Source: Camelus dromedarius
Taxonomy: Eukaryota
Direction: 5' to 3'
Assembly (NCBI RefSeq): GCF_036321535.1
Contig: NC_087436.1
Coordinates: forward strand, 121,832,001-121,896,000
DNA: 64,000 nt
In this document: in pieces, positions 13,341-26,762 of the stretch
How the letters are laid out: each line of letters begins with the position of its first letter
Numbering within the stretch: the stretch's first letter is position 1
The notes under the pieces: generated by a model
Seen by the model: only the letters and a program-made list of their open reading frames with translations
The model's database searches: none
Told to the model about the DNA's origin: nothing
Translations under genes and position numbers: made by a program

Positions 13341-13778
13341 ACCAAGAGATCAACACAATATAAGCACGTACCTCACAAGGTCATGGAGGCCTGATCCCTG
13401 AGGGGGGGTCACTGTCTCCACCCTCGTCAAACGAGTGTCATCTGACTAATGAGAAAGACTGAGTTTTCAAAAATCACTGTGAATCTGACAGCTCAGAAAA
13501 CATTCCATGTATGCACTGTATTCTTACTTTCTCAAGATACATATTTTAAAAATTACTCACTCCCTTTGGGGGAGTTAAGATACAATTAACTTTAAAAATA
13601 TTCACTGTATGACCATGAGAGGAAGGCCCCGGAAGCCTCCCCTGGAGAAGCTGGCTCTCCCAGGTGCACATGGCAAAGAGGCTGGGGTCCTAGGACTGAT
13701 CACCGCCTACTCAGACCCCTGCTTGAAAGGACCTCAATATAACGGTGCCAAGTGATCCGGTTAAAAGGGCCTGTTCTC

Positions 13779-14443
13779 CACCAAATTGGTATGGCAGAAC
13801 CTGGCCGAGATGGGTTTGGCTGTGGACCGCAACAAGGTGGTGCCCCTTCCTAAGAGAAAGGCCTAGAGGCTGAAGCCAGCCTTCCAGAAAAGAAAGGAAA
13901 CATGCTCTCTCGGGACCTCACTGACTACATTCGTTGCATGGTGGAGACCCATGGCGAGGACTGTAAGGCGATGGCCCGGGATGAGAAGAATTACTATCAA
14001 GATGCCCCAAAACAGATTCAGAACGAGATCGACGTCTGTAAGTGTTTTTACCCAACAAAGTGGCAAGCCTTCGGCGATTCTTTGCAAAAGAATAAGATGG
14101 AAGTTGAGTGACTAGTTTACGCCTGCCCCAGACTGAGACCTCCTCCTGGACCAGAGAAGCTGGAGCTGGGGTTTAAGGTGAGGAGGGGTGTGCAGCTACA
14201 GCTGAGGCTGGCTGGACCCCCGGAATCAAAAGGTTACATGCACACATGCACACACACACAGTCTCTCTCACACTTCCCGCTCTGGGGAAGGCACTGTCTC
14301 CTAGAGGCTCCAATTTATATTCTTCTGGGGCTCTGGGGAAAGTCAGAACCTGCTGTTTTCAGAGTGGGTGGTTTGCTTGAATATAGTCTGTGTACAATAA
14401 AATACAATATTTTACTTCAAAAAAGTTAAAATTAAAAAAAAGC
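13779..14443 (+). pseudogene. NOP16: 5'-truncated processed pseudogene of NOP16
   Basis: Encodes decayed QNLAEMGLAVDRNKVVPLPKRK and LEAEASLPEKKGNMLSRDLTDYIRCMVETHGEDCKAMARDEKNYYQDAPKQI...KMEVE*. Intronless, AATAAA at 14396, A-rich tail, TSD aaaaggg(c/t)ctgttctc at 13763-13778 and 14444-14459. Confidence 0.93.
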
Positions 14444-15379
14444 AAAAGGGTCTGTTCTCACCTGATGGTCTACAGTGAGTGCAGAGAGGCAAATGCAAAT
14501 AAAACACATCACCAGGATATCCTGAGAGAAATTAGAAAACAATCTTTCTCCTGTCTGCCTACTTCTTCTATGCAGGTCAGTCAGCATCTACTGAAGACCC
14601 ACCAGGTGCTGGAGATGGACCCAAAGACCAGATACACTCAGGCCCCTGGAAAAATGGCAGGGGAGGGATCTGTTTCAATACGACAAAAGAGCCAGGGCAG
14701 AGCGAGACGCACAGCTGTGCAGACAGCGCCGCGCCGAGTGCCGGCTGTGAGAGTGCTCCACGTCCACCCCCTCCTCCGCCTGCCACACTGGCTCCGGAGG
14801 AGGCCCTGCCGCCTCCTGTAAAGCTGCGAACGCTGAGGACCAGAGCATTAAGTGACCTCACCTAACGGCACAGAGCCAGGATCCAAATCCAGGAAGCCTG
14901 ACTCCTCCCTGCCAGCCCACCAGCTGGGGAGGGTTGGGGGGCCTTCTCTTCTCATTACCCACCCGGAAGACAGCCCTCATCTTTCATTGTAACTCATGCA
15001 TCATCTTCTCTTCAAAAACTGACTCATTCTCTCCCATTAGTAACATCCTCCTCCTGCTCCCCTGCTCTTCTCACAAGCCTCCTCACTAGGTGTGCTTGTC
15101 TCTCTCTCCCCAGAGAACCGGCTGCAAACTCTGTGGGACCAGAGACTGTCCCAGTCACACTCCTTCTATCACCACCTTCCACAGTGCCACTCACAGGGGG
15201 GGCACTATCCCCTGAACGAACAAGCAGAAGGCCCTCCAGGCGGCTCGGACTTGTCATGCATCCCCCCTGGCAGTTTTCAAAGTGACGGCAGCAGACACGA
15301 AGGGGCCAGCTACGTGATGTGGGACGCACCCGAGCTTCCCTTCAGGACAACCTGTTCAAGTTCCTGAAATCCCGTGTGC

Positions 15380-17170
15380 CGCAGTCAGGCTGCTGCCCTG
15401 CCACCTCGTCAGAAACTGCACCTACGGCCTCTTGGGGCGGTCCTCAGACCAGTAACTAAGGAAGAAAACTTCGAGTCCATTTATAGATGGTCCTAAATGA
15501 TGTGCTGCAGCCTGACTGCAGTCAGAGAGGGTCCTGAAGGCCCCCTGGGGAGGGCAGGTCCAGCAGCGAGCAGACGTTCCAGAGCGTGCCCGGTGCACCC
15601 TCGGCCAGGAAGGAGAAACGGCCAGAGGCGCAGATTTACACCGGTTCACTGACAGTAGTTCACGTTCGGCTGGACGGTCAGGAACTTGGAAAGGACAAGG
15701 AGGGATAACTGGAGATGGAGAGATCCAGAGAAGGGGTCTGAGGCTGGGCCAGAGCACAAAGACACGTGTGTCCTGGGTGAATGCTCAACAACGACACCCA
15801 CTGCCGAAGCAGCTCCCATGGTTGGGTGGACACGATGACCCGCCTGCCCCACACGTGTCTCTCCACCTCTTTTCACCAGCTCTTACTCAGTGAGTTCATG
15901 AACAGAGACATGGTGGCAAGGATGGGAGTGATGAATCTGCTCAGCAACATGGGCTTCGCCCAGGGCGACCTGGACTTTCCTAAGCTAGGTATCCATCTCC
16001 AGTATCCAGTGCTCTATCCGGCTCTGGACTTGAGAAGCAGCCACGTGGCTGGCAGTCCCAGACACTGCTTCCTGCACCCTGTCCTCAGCCCATGCCTCCA
16101 CACATCAGGGGTCTGTCTTGTGAGCCCGCTACCCAACCTCTGACACACACAGAGCTTCCCCAGCCCAAGTGACAGACAGACAAGTTCCAGTAGAAGGGGG
16201 CTACTATGCCAGCAATCGGCTCCAGCACTGGTGCCCTGGTTCCTTCTGTCCACCTGCCCATCAACAATGGCTCATCCAAGCCCTAGAAGTGCATTTCCCA
16301 CCCTTCCCCCTCAACACAGACTACACACTCCTAGGACTCACACCTACAGGGGTGCCCTGACTCCCTCTGCAGGCCCCACCAACAGCCTCAGCTCACCTGC
16401 GCAGTGACTGTGGACTAGCTCTGGCCCAGGCACTCCAGTTGCAACCACATTGGCTCCAACAAGGTATGAACTCCAGCCTGGGGAGTGGTCCCCTCCAAAT
16501 GTGTCCTTCTCTGGGTACTATCCTTGCGCCCAAGAGTTTAGCATTCTTTTTCCAGTTTACAGTTATTTTAGCATAGCTTAATAATTCCTTACTATATTAA
16601 ACATCCCTTGTGTACTAGTATATGATTTTGTCTCCTGATTGGACCCAGACTGATACACTATGTCTGTTCCCCAACGTCACCATCTCTGGACTTACTGTAC
16701 ACCTTATCCACTGTTAGGACATAACATTGACGAAGGAGCTGTTCTATGACAAAAGTCAGGTGATGGGTCCACAGTCATTGGACTCACTCATCTTGTGACA
16801 TACTCCTTCACTCAGAAGCAACTGGCTCCAGAGAACGGTGGAATGGCCTGCTCACCGCACCAAAAGGAGACCTTTAGGATTAAGGAGCTGACCCATAAGC
16901 TGCAGCTGTATATGCTCTGCACAGATGACCAGTAGATGGCGATGCTCTCCTCTGTCCAGGAAAGAAGGGTCCAAGGGAGGGACGCAGCTCACTTACACCT
17001 AAGGACCAACCAATCCAGGAAGTTTTTCCTTCCCATCCCCACAGCTCTGGTTCTGATAGGTTAGAAGTCTTAGTAACCAAGAGCTGAATACCGGCACCAG
17101 GTGATAACAGTTTCAGTATACCAGAAGGTAGCCTGACCGTCTGGACTCCTAATGCCTCTGAACCAACAGG
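15380..17170 (+). mobile_element. ERVL internal (pol: RNase H/integrase) remnant interrupted by an ERVL-class LTR (~16000-16657)
   Basis: Decayed ERVL motifs: VNAQ..VDTMTR, HEQRHGGKDG and PEATGSRERWNGLL. The LTR-like segment ends ...gtctcctgattggacccagactgataca. Confidence 0.7.
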
Positions 17171-17669
17171 ATTGAAAAAAATGAAATGAAACAAAGAAAA
17201 ACAGTGACCAGATATGTTGACAGTTACGGATAAAGAGAACATGAAACAGGTAGTCAATCTCAAAAAGTACGTATTTAAAAAAATATTTATTTCTAAACTA
17301 AACTTTCCTCCAAAATATTGATTATTGACATGTCTTCCAAGAGTAGTAACATTAATGCTGATAAATTTCTTCCACCATCTGAATTTATATCATGAAACAG
17401 AATGAAGAAAAATTAATAAATTACCCTGAACCATATTCCCTAACCAAACAAAATTTAGTCAGCTATGATTCTGTTTGTATACATACACATGCTTCTAAAT
17501 AAAATATGCCAAAACATGTATCAAGAATATGATGGAATTAATGGGCACAAACGAACAGAATGCCTTCGTGTCTTTACCAGCACCACTCACTGTCAAGGGC
17601 AGACTAACACAAATGGATGAACTGGTCAGTAGTAACTAAAAGGAGAAATTGCACAAAGACAGTGTTTGG

Positions 17670-18100
17670 CAGAAGAGCCTGGGGTTCTGGAGCCAGACAG
17701 AATGTCTGGGTTTGAACCCCAACTCCATCTCCTAACAAGCTACATAACTTCGAGGAGTCACTCAATCTCTAGAGGACTCTTTTTTCCCCTCTGAGAAACA
17801 GAAACCCCATAAGATATTAAAAAATATTAAGTTTGTTTGCTTTTTAGAACACTGAACCCTACGGCTACTTAGAAAGTATATACTCAAAATAAAATACAAC
17901 AGCGGTTGAAAGGGACTCACTGCTTACCCTTAAGCAAGCCATTTACCCTCAAGCCTCAGTTTCCTCATTTACAGTTGGAGGACTTTTTAAAAATCCACTC
18001 AGAGGACTGCCACAAAATCAAACGAGATATTACAAGTAAAGTGCTTAAAAGAGGACGTGGCACGTAGTAATCATTAAGTCAAAATGGCAGCTACTTGTTA
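17670..18100 (+). repeat. MIR SINE fragments
   Basis: ggttctggagccagac...gggtttgaacccc; gcctcagtttcctcattt core. Confidence 0.7.
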
Positions 18101-18784
18101 TTAAAATGACAAAAATTTTAAACGTGCAAAATAAAGCAGGTAAATGCAAATAAATGCATGGGTAGCAATCTTAAAATTAGAAAAATATTATAAGTAGGAA
18201 AGGTCAGTAGGAGATAAAATTTTAATGAAGACACAAAAGCCATGACTCAGTATGAAAATAAACATGTTGAAAAACATAATGCAAAAACCAGTAAAGTCTC
18301 CAGATCAAAATTAACAGAATTTGCCAATCATCAAACAGGGCACCTATCAATCTGTAGCAAACCAAGTGAACAAAAACATAAATGACAAATTCAAATAAGG
18401 CTTAACTGTTTGATGTATGTTGAGATTTAAACTCCACTGAATGCTTCTTTTGTTAAGCTCTATGAAACACAAAACTGACCAAACATTGTTACCAAAAAAC
18501 AAACAAAAACCTACATTTTAAAGGACACAAATTGTACAGGCCATATAAACCTAAAAACAAAAGAGAAATGAAATATAAGATTTATAAAAACTGAAAGCAT
18601 GTATTTCATAATCCAATTCACCTCAGTATTCAAGGTTCTCTCAAATATTGTAACAAAGAAGCAATAAATCTGTAATTACAGTCCCACGAATAATTAGTGT
18701 GAGAGGACAGAGATCACTGAACTCCAGGAACAACTGCAGTAACTGGCAAAGAGCATGCGTTAAGTGAATGTTCGCTGAGTGAAC

Positions 18785-19510
18785 AGCAAGGAGGTCCCTA
18801 TACCGTGGCTCATACAAACCAGACGGCCTGCAAAGCGGTGGAAAAGCACCTAGAAGAAGTGGCACAAAAGCGGCCGGCAAGCGTGCGCCCTGCCGGGGAG
18901 CGGTGCGGAAAGCCGGGCGCCGCAGGCCGGGCCCCGCAGCACTCTGTGAAACCACCCGCTACCAGAAGTCCACTGAACCTGGGGTTCACAAACTTCCCTT
19001 CCTGCGTCTGGTGCAGGAAGCTGCTCAGGACTTCAAAGCAGACCTGCAGCTACTGGTGAGCGCTCTGCGGGGGGCACCGGAGGCCTAGAGAGCTGCTGGG
19101 CCTTTCTGCAGACACCACCCTGCGTGCTAACTATCCATGCCAGACGCGTGACAACTGCGCCCAAAGACGTGCAGCTAGCACACCGCACACGTGCAGAACG
19201 AGCTGAAGAATCGACTATGATGGGAAGCATTTCATTCTTTAAAAAAAAGTTATCTTCTTCCTGTTACCGGTAGTTCTGAACGTTCGACACTTTTTTCCCA
19301 TGGGGTCAAAAGGTATCTAAGTGGAAAAATGGGACAGAAATCAGATATTGGTAGTTTTCCCATTTTCATTTGTGTGTGAATCTTTAATATAAATGTGGGG
19401 ACATAAAGCATTAATGCAAGTCAAAATGTTTCAGTGAACAAGTTTCAGCGTTCAACTTAACAGCAATTATAAATAAACCTGTTAAATTTGTCTGGAAAAA
19501 AATCAATAAA
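18785..19510 (+). pseudogene. H3-3A: Processed pseudogene of histone H3.3 (H3-3A/H3F3A)
   Basis: H3F3A-like 5'UTR (aaggaggtccctatacc), start ATG changed to GTG at 18805, frameshifted H3 CDS (RYQKSTE...[26 protein letters not shown]), the characteristic H3F3A 3'UTR, AATAAA and an A-rich end. Confidence 0.93.
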
Positions 19511-19720
19511 AAACTAAAAATACAACTAACTAGTGAATATAACAAAAAAGCAGCAGATTCACAGATACAGAGAACAAAAGTGGTTATCAGTGGAGAGTGA
19601 GGGGTACAAGCTACTGGGTGTAACACAGGCTCCAGGATGTCTGTGCACATGGGGAGTACAGCAGTGTTCTGTAACGTCTGTACATGGAAAGTAACCTTCA
19701 ATCATTGTATAAAATTTTTT
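19511..19720 (+). mobile_element. Short L1 3'UTR fragment abutting the H3.3 retrocopy tail
   Basis: tagtgaatataacaaaaaagcagcagattcacagatacagagaac...ggaaagtaacc is a typical L1 3' end. Confidence 0.75.
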
Positions 19721-19726
19721 TTAGAT

Positions 19727-21583
19727 TTCCGGTCAAGATGGCAGAGTGGTAGGACCACAAGCTCACCCTGCCTCGTGACTACAACAAAACCACAACTGAC
19801 TGCTAGACAACCATCGAGAAAAGACTGGAACCTAGCAAAGAAGATCGTCTTCAACTGGAAACACAAAGAGGGGACCACAGCAGGACGGCAGGAGGGGCGT
19901 GTTCGTGAAATAACTGGGCCCCATACCCCCCAGGTGGGCGACCGTCAGGCTCCCCAGCCCAGGGTTCCAGCATTGGGAGGAGGAGGACCCCCCAGGACAT
20001 GTGGTTATGAAGGCCAGCGGGGCTTGGCTCTAAGAGCCCCACGGGACTGGGGAAACAGTGACTTCATTCTCTTGGGAAGCATACACAGAACCTCACGTGC
20101 GCCAGGTCCAAGGGCAGAGGCAGTGATTTCACAGGAACCTGGGCCAGACCTGCCTGCTGGATTTGGAGGATCTCCAGGGGACATGGTGGATGGCTGTGGC
20201 TCACCCAGGGGACATAAAAGCTGGTGGTGGATATTCTGAGAGTGTTCATATACAAGAGCTTTCCTGGAGGCTGACATCTCGAATGGATCGTTAGCATCAA
20301 GATCCAGCGCCACCCAACAGCCTGTGGGGAAGCCTCAGACCAAACAGCACACTGGGTGGGAGCACAGCCCCACCCAGCAGCAGACCCCCTGAGCCACAAA
20401 GGCCTCTGGTCCAGCCTCATCCACCAGGGAGCAGATACCAGAAATAAGAAAACAACAAGCCCAAAGCCTGTGGAAGGAATCCACAAACACAGGCCAGGCT
20501 CTAACCTGGGACCTGCTGGACCCTGGCCCTTGTCTGACAAGAGAGGAGTGTACTGCAGGGACGCACAGGACGTCTCCCACAGAGGGCCACCTCTCCAAGG
20601 TCGAGAAACGCTAACTAACCTACCTAAAAATACACACTGAAAGATAAACAATATGAGGTGGCAGAGGAGTACTCCCAGACCAAGGTTAAGAAGAAGAACT
20701 AAGTGATGAGGAGACAGGCAATTTATCTGAGAAAGAGATTAAAGTAATGATGGTGAAGATGTTCAGAGAACTCAAGAGGAGTACAGAAGCACAGAGTGAA
20801 GTTTTTAGCAGAGTTGGAAAATATAAAGAATACCCAAACAGAGTTGAAGAATAAAATCGCTGAAATAAACAATACACCAGAAGGAACCAAGAACAGACTA
20901 AATGGGGCAGAAGAAGGGATCAGTGAGCTAGAAGACAGATTAGTGGGAATCACTACTGCAGAACAGAAAAAAGAAAGAAGAATGAAAGGAATGAGGATCG
21001 TTTAAGAGCACTCTGGGACAACATGAAGTGCACTAATATTCGCATTACAGGGTCCCAGGAAGAGAAGGAGGGAGAAAGGACCTCAGAAAATTTTTGAAGA
21101 GGTAATAACCAAAAACTCCCAATTTGGGAAAGGAAACAGTCATCCAAGCCCTGGAAGCACAGAGTTCCACACAGGATCAGCCCAAAGAGGAACACATGAA
21201 GGCACACAGTCATCAAATGGACAAAAGTTAAGGATAAGGAGAAAATATTAAAATTAGCAAGACAAAAGCAACAAATAACATACAAGGGAACTCCCATAAG
21301 GTTATCAGCTGATTTTTCAGCAGAAACTCTAGAGGCCAGAAGGGAGTGGCAAAATTTATTTAAAGTGATGAAAGGGGAAAATCTACAATCAAGAACACTC
21401 TATCCAGCAAGGCTCTTGTTCAGACTTGACGGAGAAATCAAAAGCTTCACAGATAAACGAAAGCTAGAAGATTTCAGCACCACCAAGCCAGCTTTGCAAC
21501 AAATGTTAAAGGACCTTCGCTAGTCATCAAACCATAAGAAAAGAGAACAAAAAGAAGAGAAAAAGAAAAAGAGATCTACAAAA
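19727..21583 (+). mobile_element. L1 5'UTR plus disrupted ORF1 (no contiguous ORF2)
   Basis: Starts ttccggtcaagatggc (YY1-like). ORF1 peptide ELKNKIAEINNT...EEGISELEDRLV. Confidence 0.85.
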
Positions 21584-22110
21584 GATTGCTTTGGCAGTTC
21601 GGGGTCTTTCATGGTTCCGTATAAATTTTGGAATTGCTTGTTCTAGTTCTGTGAAAAATGTCATATTTTGACAGAGGTTGCGTCGGATCTGTGGATGGCT
21701 TTGGGCAGCACAGCCATTTTGATAATGCTGGTTCTTCCAATCCAAGAGCACAGGTTATCTTTCCATTTCTTTGTATCATCTTTGATTTCCTTTATCAGTG
21801 TTTTACAGTTTTCAGAGTGTAGGTAACCTCCTTGGTTAAGTTTATTTCTAGGTATTTTGTTGTTTTTGATGCAATGGAAATGTTTATGCCAGTTATAAAA
21901 CTCTGCTTTTTGAAGTGAAAAAAAAAGTAAACAAAGGGCCGCAAATGGCAAAATCTCCTCCTTGTGGGTGAGTTGTATTCCATCACATGTATGTGCTGTA
22001 TCTTCTTTATCCATTCATCTGCTGATGTGCACTTAGGATGCTTCCATGTCTTGGCAGTTATAAATAATGTTGCTGTTAATATTGGGGTGTAGCTATCTTT
22101 TTCAATTAAT
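21584..22110 (-). mobile_element. Antisense L1 ORF2 and 3' fragments
   Basis: Minus-strand KTLIKEIKDDTKKWK...WIGR..IIKMAVLPKAI. Confidence 0.85.
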
Positions 22111-23149
22111 TCTTACTTTGTGGTTTGCTTTATTCCTTTGATAACTATGTAAGTTTAAAAAGCTAAAGCTCTAAACATTCTTAGAAACAATGAACAGTAC
22201 CTATAAGTAAATTTTAAAATATGTGCAGTATACTGTGTATATGTATTTACATGTAATACATTGTATATATGCAGCCAAACTGTAGCAATTCTACCTAATA
22301 AAGCTGAAAAATGGAAAAAATTGTTTAATTTTAAAATGAAAATAAATTAATTAAAAGACTTTTTTTTTTTAAAGTTCCAGGCCTAGAAAGTTTAACAGGT
22401 GATTATCCTTTAAGGAAAAGAATATTGCTGAGCACTAATAATATGCTTACTTAATGGGGTTAAAGATTAAATACTCTAACATCAGAAATGTCTTCAAGTT
22501 GTAAACGGCACATGATAGCAATTAACATTTACCGAGTCCTTCTAAGATCATTAATCTCTCATCAACCTCAAACTACCACACGTTCCCCAAAGCCATGGTT
22601 GAAATTCACTTCCACCACTGTTTCACTATGTAAGATGTGAAGTCAGTTTATTTGTCCAGCAGACTCCTGACATTCTCAATGGACACATACCTGCTATGAC
22701 AAATAGCTAAAACATTCAAATGACCTCATCAGACCTTTAAGAAATACATAAGATCAAAATAAATTCTGCCACTAACCACGCACTGCACTTACTTCAAGAC
22801 CTTCTCTGTTCAAATTCATGCCTTTGCAAAACTGAGAATGGTATGGTACCAATAAAGAACATTTCTAATAAATACTACATGGACTCCAAAATATTCTCAA
22901 AACTTTGAGGTATTTTAGTCCTCTTGTCAACTAGAAACCTTGGGTAATGTAACTTTGGGATCAACACCTATACAAAGAAGTCTAATAAAACTCAAGTGAC
23001 CATATCAAAAATGCTGTGTGAATTACGTATGGAAACTCCAAACCACAAAGACTGGTCGGAGAATCGATGCATCAGCATCCTAGGTGGCCCAACACCTGCT
23101 ACGGTACTTCCTTCCCCGAGCCTCTTCACCAAAAGTTCAGGCCTCTCAC

Positions 23150-23350
23150 TCCGATCTGTGCAGCTAGCCTTGAACAAGCCCTCAGCCTTTCCACGGCTGT
23201 TTCCTCAACATAAAATGGGGTGACAGCACCTCCTCTTCAGATTACTGAGGAAAAAAACAAACAAACAAAAACCCCACACAACATAAACAGTTAGAACAGT
23301 GCCTGACACAGAGCAGGTGCTATATAAACGTCACCTAACGTTAATACTTA
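23150..23350 (+). repeat. MIR fragment
   Basis: tgtttcctcaacataaaatggg...ttagaacagtgcctgacacagagc. Confidence 0.65.
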
Positions 23351-26300
23351 TTAATAACTGGGTTCTCAGCAGAGCAACTCAGCAAGTAGTGACCATACCG
23401 TGAATTAACACTAGAAGAGCTCCATTAACTAGTTCCTGACCTCTCTTCTATTACAGTCCTGGACTGCTGCTTCTCGCATTGCTGTTCCAACTCACCTAAA
23501 GCAAACCACTCCACGTGACACCTCCTTGCAACCTGACCAGGCCCAGCAACACGTGGTGTATTCCAATGCTACGACCCCAGCCTCCAGCGTGTACCTGACA
23601 CATCGAAACCCCCAGTGAAGGTTTGCTCAATGAATAAATCTGCACCCTTTAAACTACTTCCACATGAGAGCCAAGCTTTGGACATCCCTTGGTGAGTCTT
23701 GGTCACCACACCTCTGCACACACTGCCACTGACCAGATTCTAGTCACTGGCTCGGCATCAACCCCTGCTTCTCTTACCTGGGAGGTGGCTGCTGCGGTTC
23801 CCTGTCCCACAATGACACGCTGTCCCTGCTCCCTCCCCCCTCCCCACGATGGGCTAGCTGTCTCTAGCCCAGGGCCTGAGCAGGGGGCATTAGAGGAGTG
23901 TGGACCACCGGATGGGGAGTGGGGTGGGGAGGACCTCAGGCCTCCTTTCCCAAAGGCGGGTCATGAACCAAAGGGTTAGGAAGCTTTTATTTACTCTCTA
24001 TGGTTTTTAAAGTTGTCACTCAGCTTCTCAAAGCTTCCAGTAGGGCGAAGGCCTACTTCCCACACAAATAACTCTCTGGTAACCAGAATTAATTGTTGAG
24101 TTAATGTTGCCTCTGATTTTAATGTTGGCTTTTAAATTAATGCAAAATGATTAATTTATACAATAAAAAAATGCTGTGCATTTGAAATCTCCTCTGTTCA
24201 AATTTACTTCCACAGTTTAGATATAAGCATTAATACCATAAAGGAGGTTGCAGCTTCAGAATGCTGGAGAACCCTGAGGTCCTGTTCTTAGGCTCTGCTC
24301 ACTCCATGCAGCCCGGCCGCCATCATGTCCACTACCATCAACACACACACAATTCCCAGGAGCCGATTTGGGGGTTCAAGTGTCTACAATACAACTGTCT
24401 CATCTTCATCTCCCCTTGGACGTCTCAGGGACTCTAAGCCCAAGTTGTCCAAACCCAAACTGACATGCCTTGGCCTCTGTGGCAACAGTGAGCCGGAGCA
24501 CCCAGGGTGCCCACTGCGGAGAGGGCGGCAGGCCCCGCCCAACGTGAGGAAGCTCCAGGCTCTGAGGCACATCTGGGACCTCAGTTCTCCACACCCTTAC
24601 CCACTACATCCCATGGGCAAAAATCAAGGAGGTGCACCGCAGGCTCACATGCCTGCCCATGCTTGACACCAGGCCACCAACTGGTCTTCCTGCCTCGGCC
24701 CCTGCGTCTTACATCCATGATGCATGTGGAGGAACTCCTTTAGAACACTACTCTTCTGCTCAAAATGCTCCAATGCTCCCATCTTAACAAGATAAAAACC
24801 GATGTTGTCAGAGGGACGGACGAGACCCTCTATGTGTGTCCAGAACAGAGCCTGACAGGCGGGAACTCACTCAGCAGGCACCTGTGGGATGCGGGGGACA
24901 CCCATGACGGACATGTGGCAACATCGGCTCTCCCTAGGAGCCACGCCCCACACCACGTGGTGATACACATGCAAATTCACGGAGGGAATGAAGACCTGTC
25001 CCCAGATCCAGCCCTTCTGCCGTATCTCCTATCACAGGGGAAATGGTCTCCGAGGTCGGACTCCTAAGAATTTGCTTTGGTCCTCCCACAGGCTCCACCT
25101 CATTCTCCACCTCATTCTCCATCTCCACAGCCACCTCTCACCTGGGTTATCGAGGAGCCTTCTGCCTGTCTCCCTGTATCCAGTTACCCAGCACACGAGG
25201 ATCCTCACCACAGCCACAGAGATCCTCCCTGCTTTTCCAAGCCCTTCAAGTGTCTCTAAGTGCTCTTAAAAGATCAGAACCCTCCACCCAGCCCTCCAGG
25301 CCCCACCCAGCATTTCCCATTCTCCTCCTCCAGGCCCCATACTTTCAGGCTGGGAGCGTGCAAGGCTTTCCTCCTACCTGGCCTGCTGACAGTTCCCGCC
25401 CACAGGCAGCTGCCAGGCCCAGCCTGCAACCTTTAATCCCACCTAAAACTCTCATTTTACAAATCAGAGGAGGACAAGAGACTCTCGGGGTCACACAGTG
25501 AATTTGCAGCAAGGCCGGAAGAATGACCAGATCCCTAGTCCAACTGGTGCTCTGAAGCCACATCCTCAGACAAGCTAGTTTCCAGTAAATGCCATATAGG
25601 ACCTCGCTCAGGGGGAAAGGGTGTTAGAGAGAGAGCCTGAAGGGTTGCCTTGGGGTTAACTTTTAGTTGAATCTCAGACTTCATAATCTGTTTTGATGTC
25701 CTAATCAGAAATTTAGAAAAGTGGTAAATAAAAAGCTCTGGTCTAGAATTTGACATATGCCTCAAAACTTTCCTCTGTCAAGATATATTTAAATAAAATT
25801 AGGTGTTCTGCCTCGAAGCCACTCACTTCCAACCTCATACCACACATGTGAATTTTTTACACGTAACTAAACATAAGTGCACTGTCCCAACAATGCATCT
25901 CCAAGCCTGCCTGCAAGGTGGCCTTCATCGGTGAAAGTGTCCCCACAGTCTCCCAGTCCTGACCCCAGGCCCTGCCCTCTCCCATGCTCAGAATGGATAG
26001 CAGACTCATGGTGAACGGACAGCCCATCACAGCCATGACCAGGGGCCCACAACAAACCCTAGCATAAAAACATGATCTGGTCCACTTCTGAGAAACAGGA
26101 ACAAAATACAAAGAAAAATCAGCCTGGACTCATTAAAGGCTGCCAGGAGGAAGAGCCGGGCCAAGGCAGGAATCACCGAAGGACAGAACCTCCAGGGGAG
26201 GTGGGCCTGCCGAAGAGAGAGGCTCAGGGATGTGGCCCCACAGCAACAAGGGCCAGGGTGGCAGTTCTATCTAGATCGAGCTGACCAGAGCGACCTTCGG

Positions 26301-26762
26301 TTTCATGCAATCTAAGGGAACCCTGAATACAACAGAGACCGAGAGGGGAGGGCCAGATCAGGAAGCAGAGGAAGAGGCACTGATGTGGTCAGCACTTAAC
26401 CGGCCCCACCTGAGAGCGAGGCTTAAACATTTACTCTCCCAAACCGGCAGCACAAAAACCCCCAGCCTCAGGAGTGAGGGCTGAAGACCAGCCCGGCACA
26501 CCTTCTTCTAAACTGCACATGGCCTACATCTAGAAGTGGAAAGGTTTCTTCCCTGTGTCACCATGAGACCTCAGCAGTGAAAGGGAGAAAAGAGTTTCCA
26601 TTGTTCCAGTCAAGGAGGGGCTGGAAGGCCCTTTATTAACGTGTCATCTACCAAAAGCCTGTACTGTGACCCCCCAAGGAGGAGCAGCAGCTGACATGAC
26701 CCAAGAGCGTTACTATTCTTCTCCAGTACACGAAACACTCAGAAAAAGTTTAAAATATATAG

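Noticed and set aside
13902..14111. 69-aa ORF as a functional NOP16 retrogene
   Set aside because: 5'-truncated, no evident promoter, and many non-conservative changes. Treated as a pseudogene.
18805..19088. Possible functional divergent H3 variant
   Set aside because: Start codon lost and several frameshifts within the tail and histone fold.
25094..25130. Short tandem repeat (ctccacctcatt, about 2.5 copies)
   Set aside because: Ordinary slippage duplication; no array structure.
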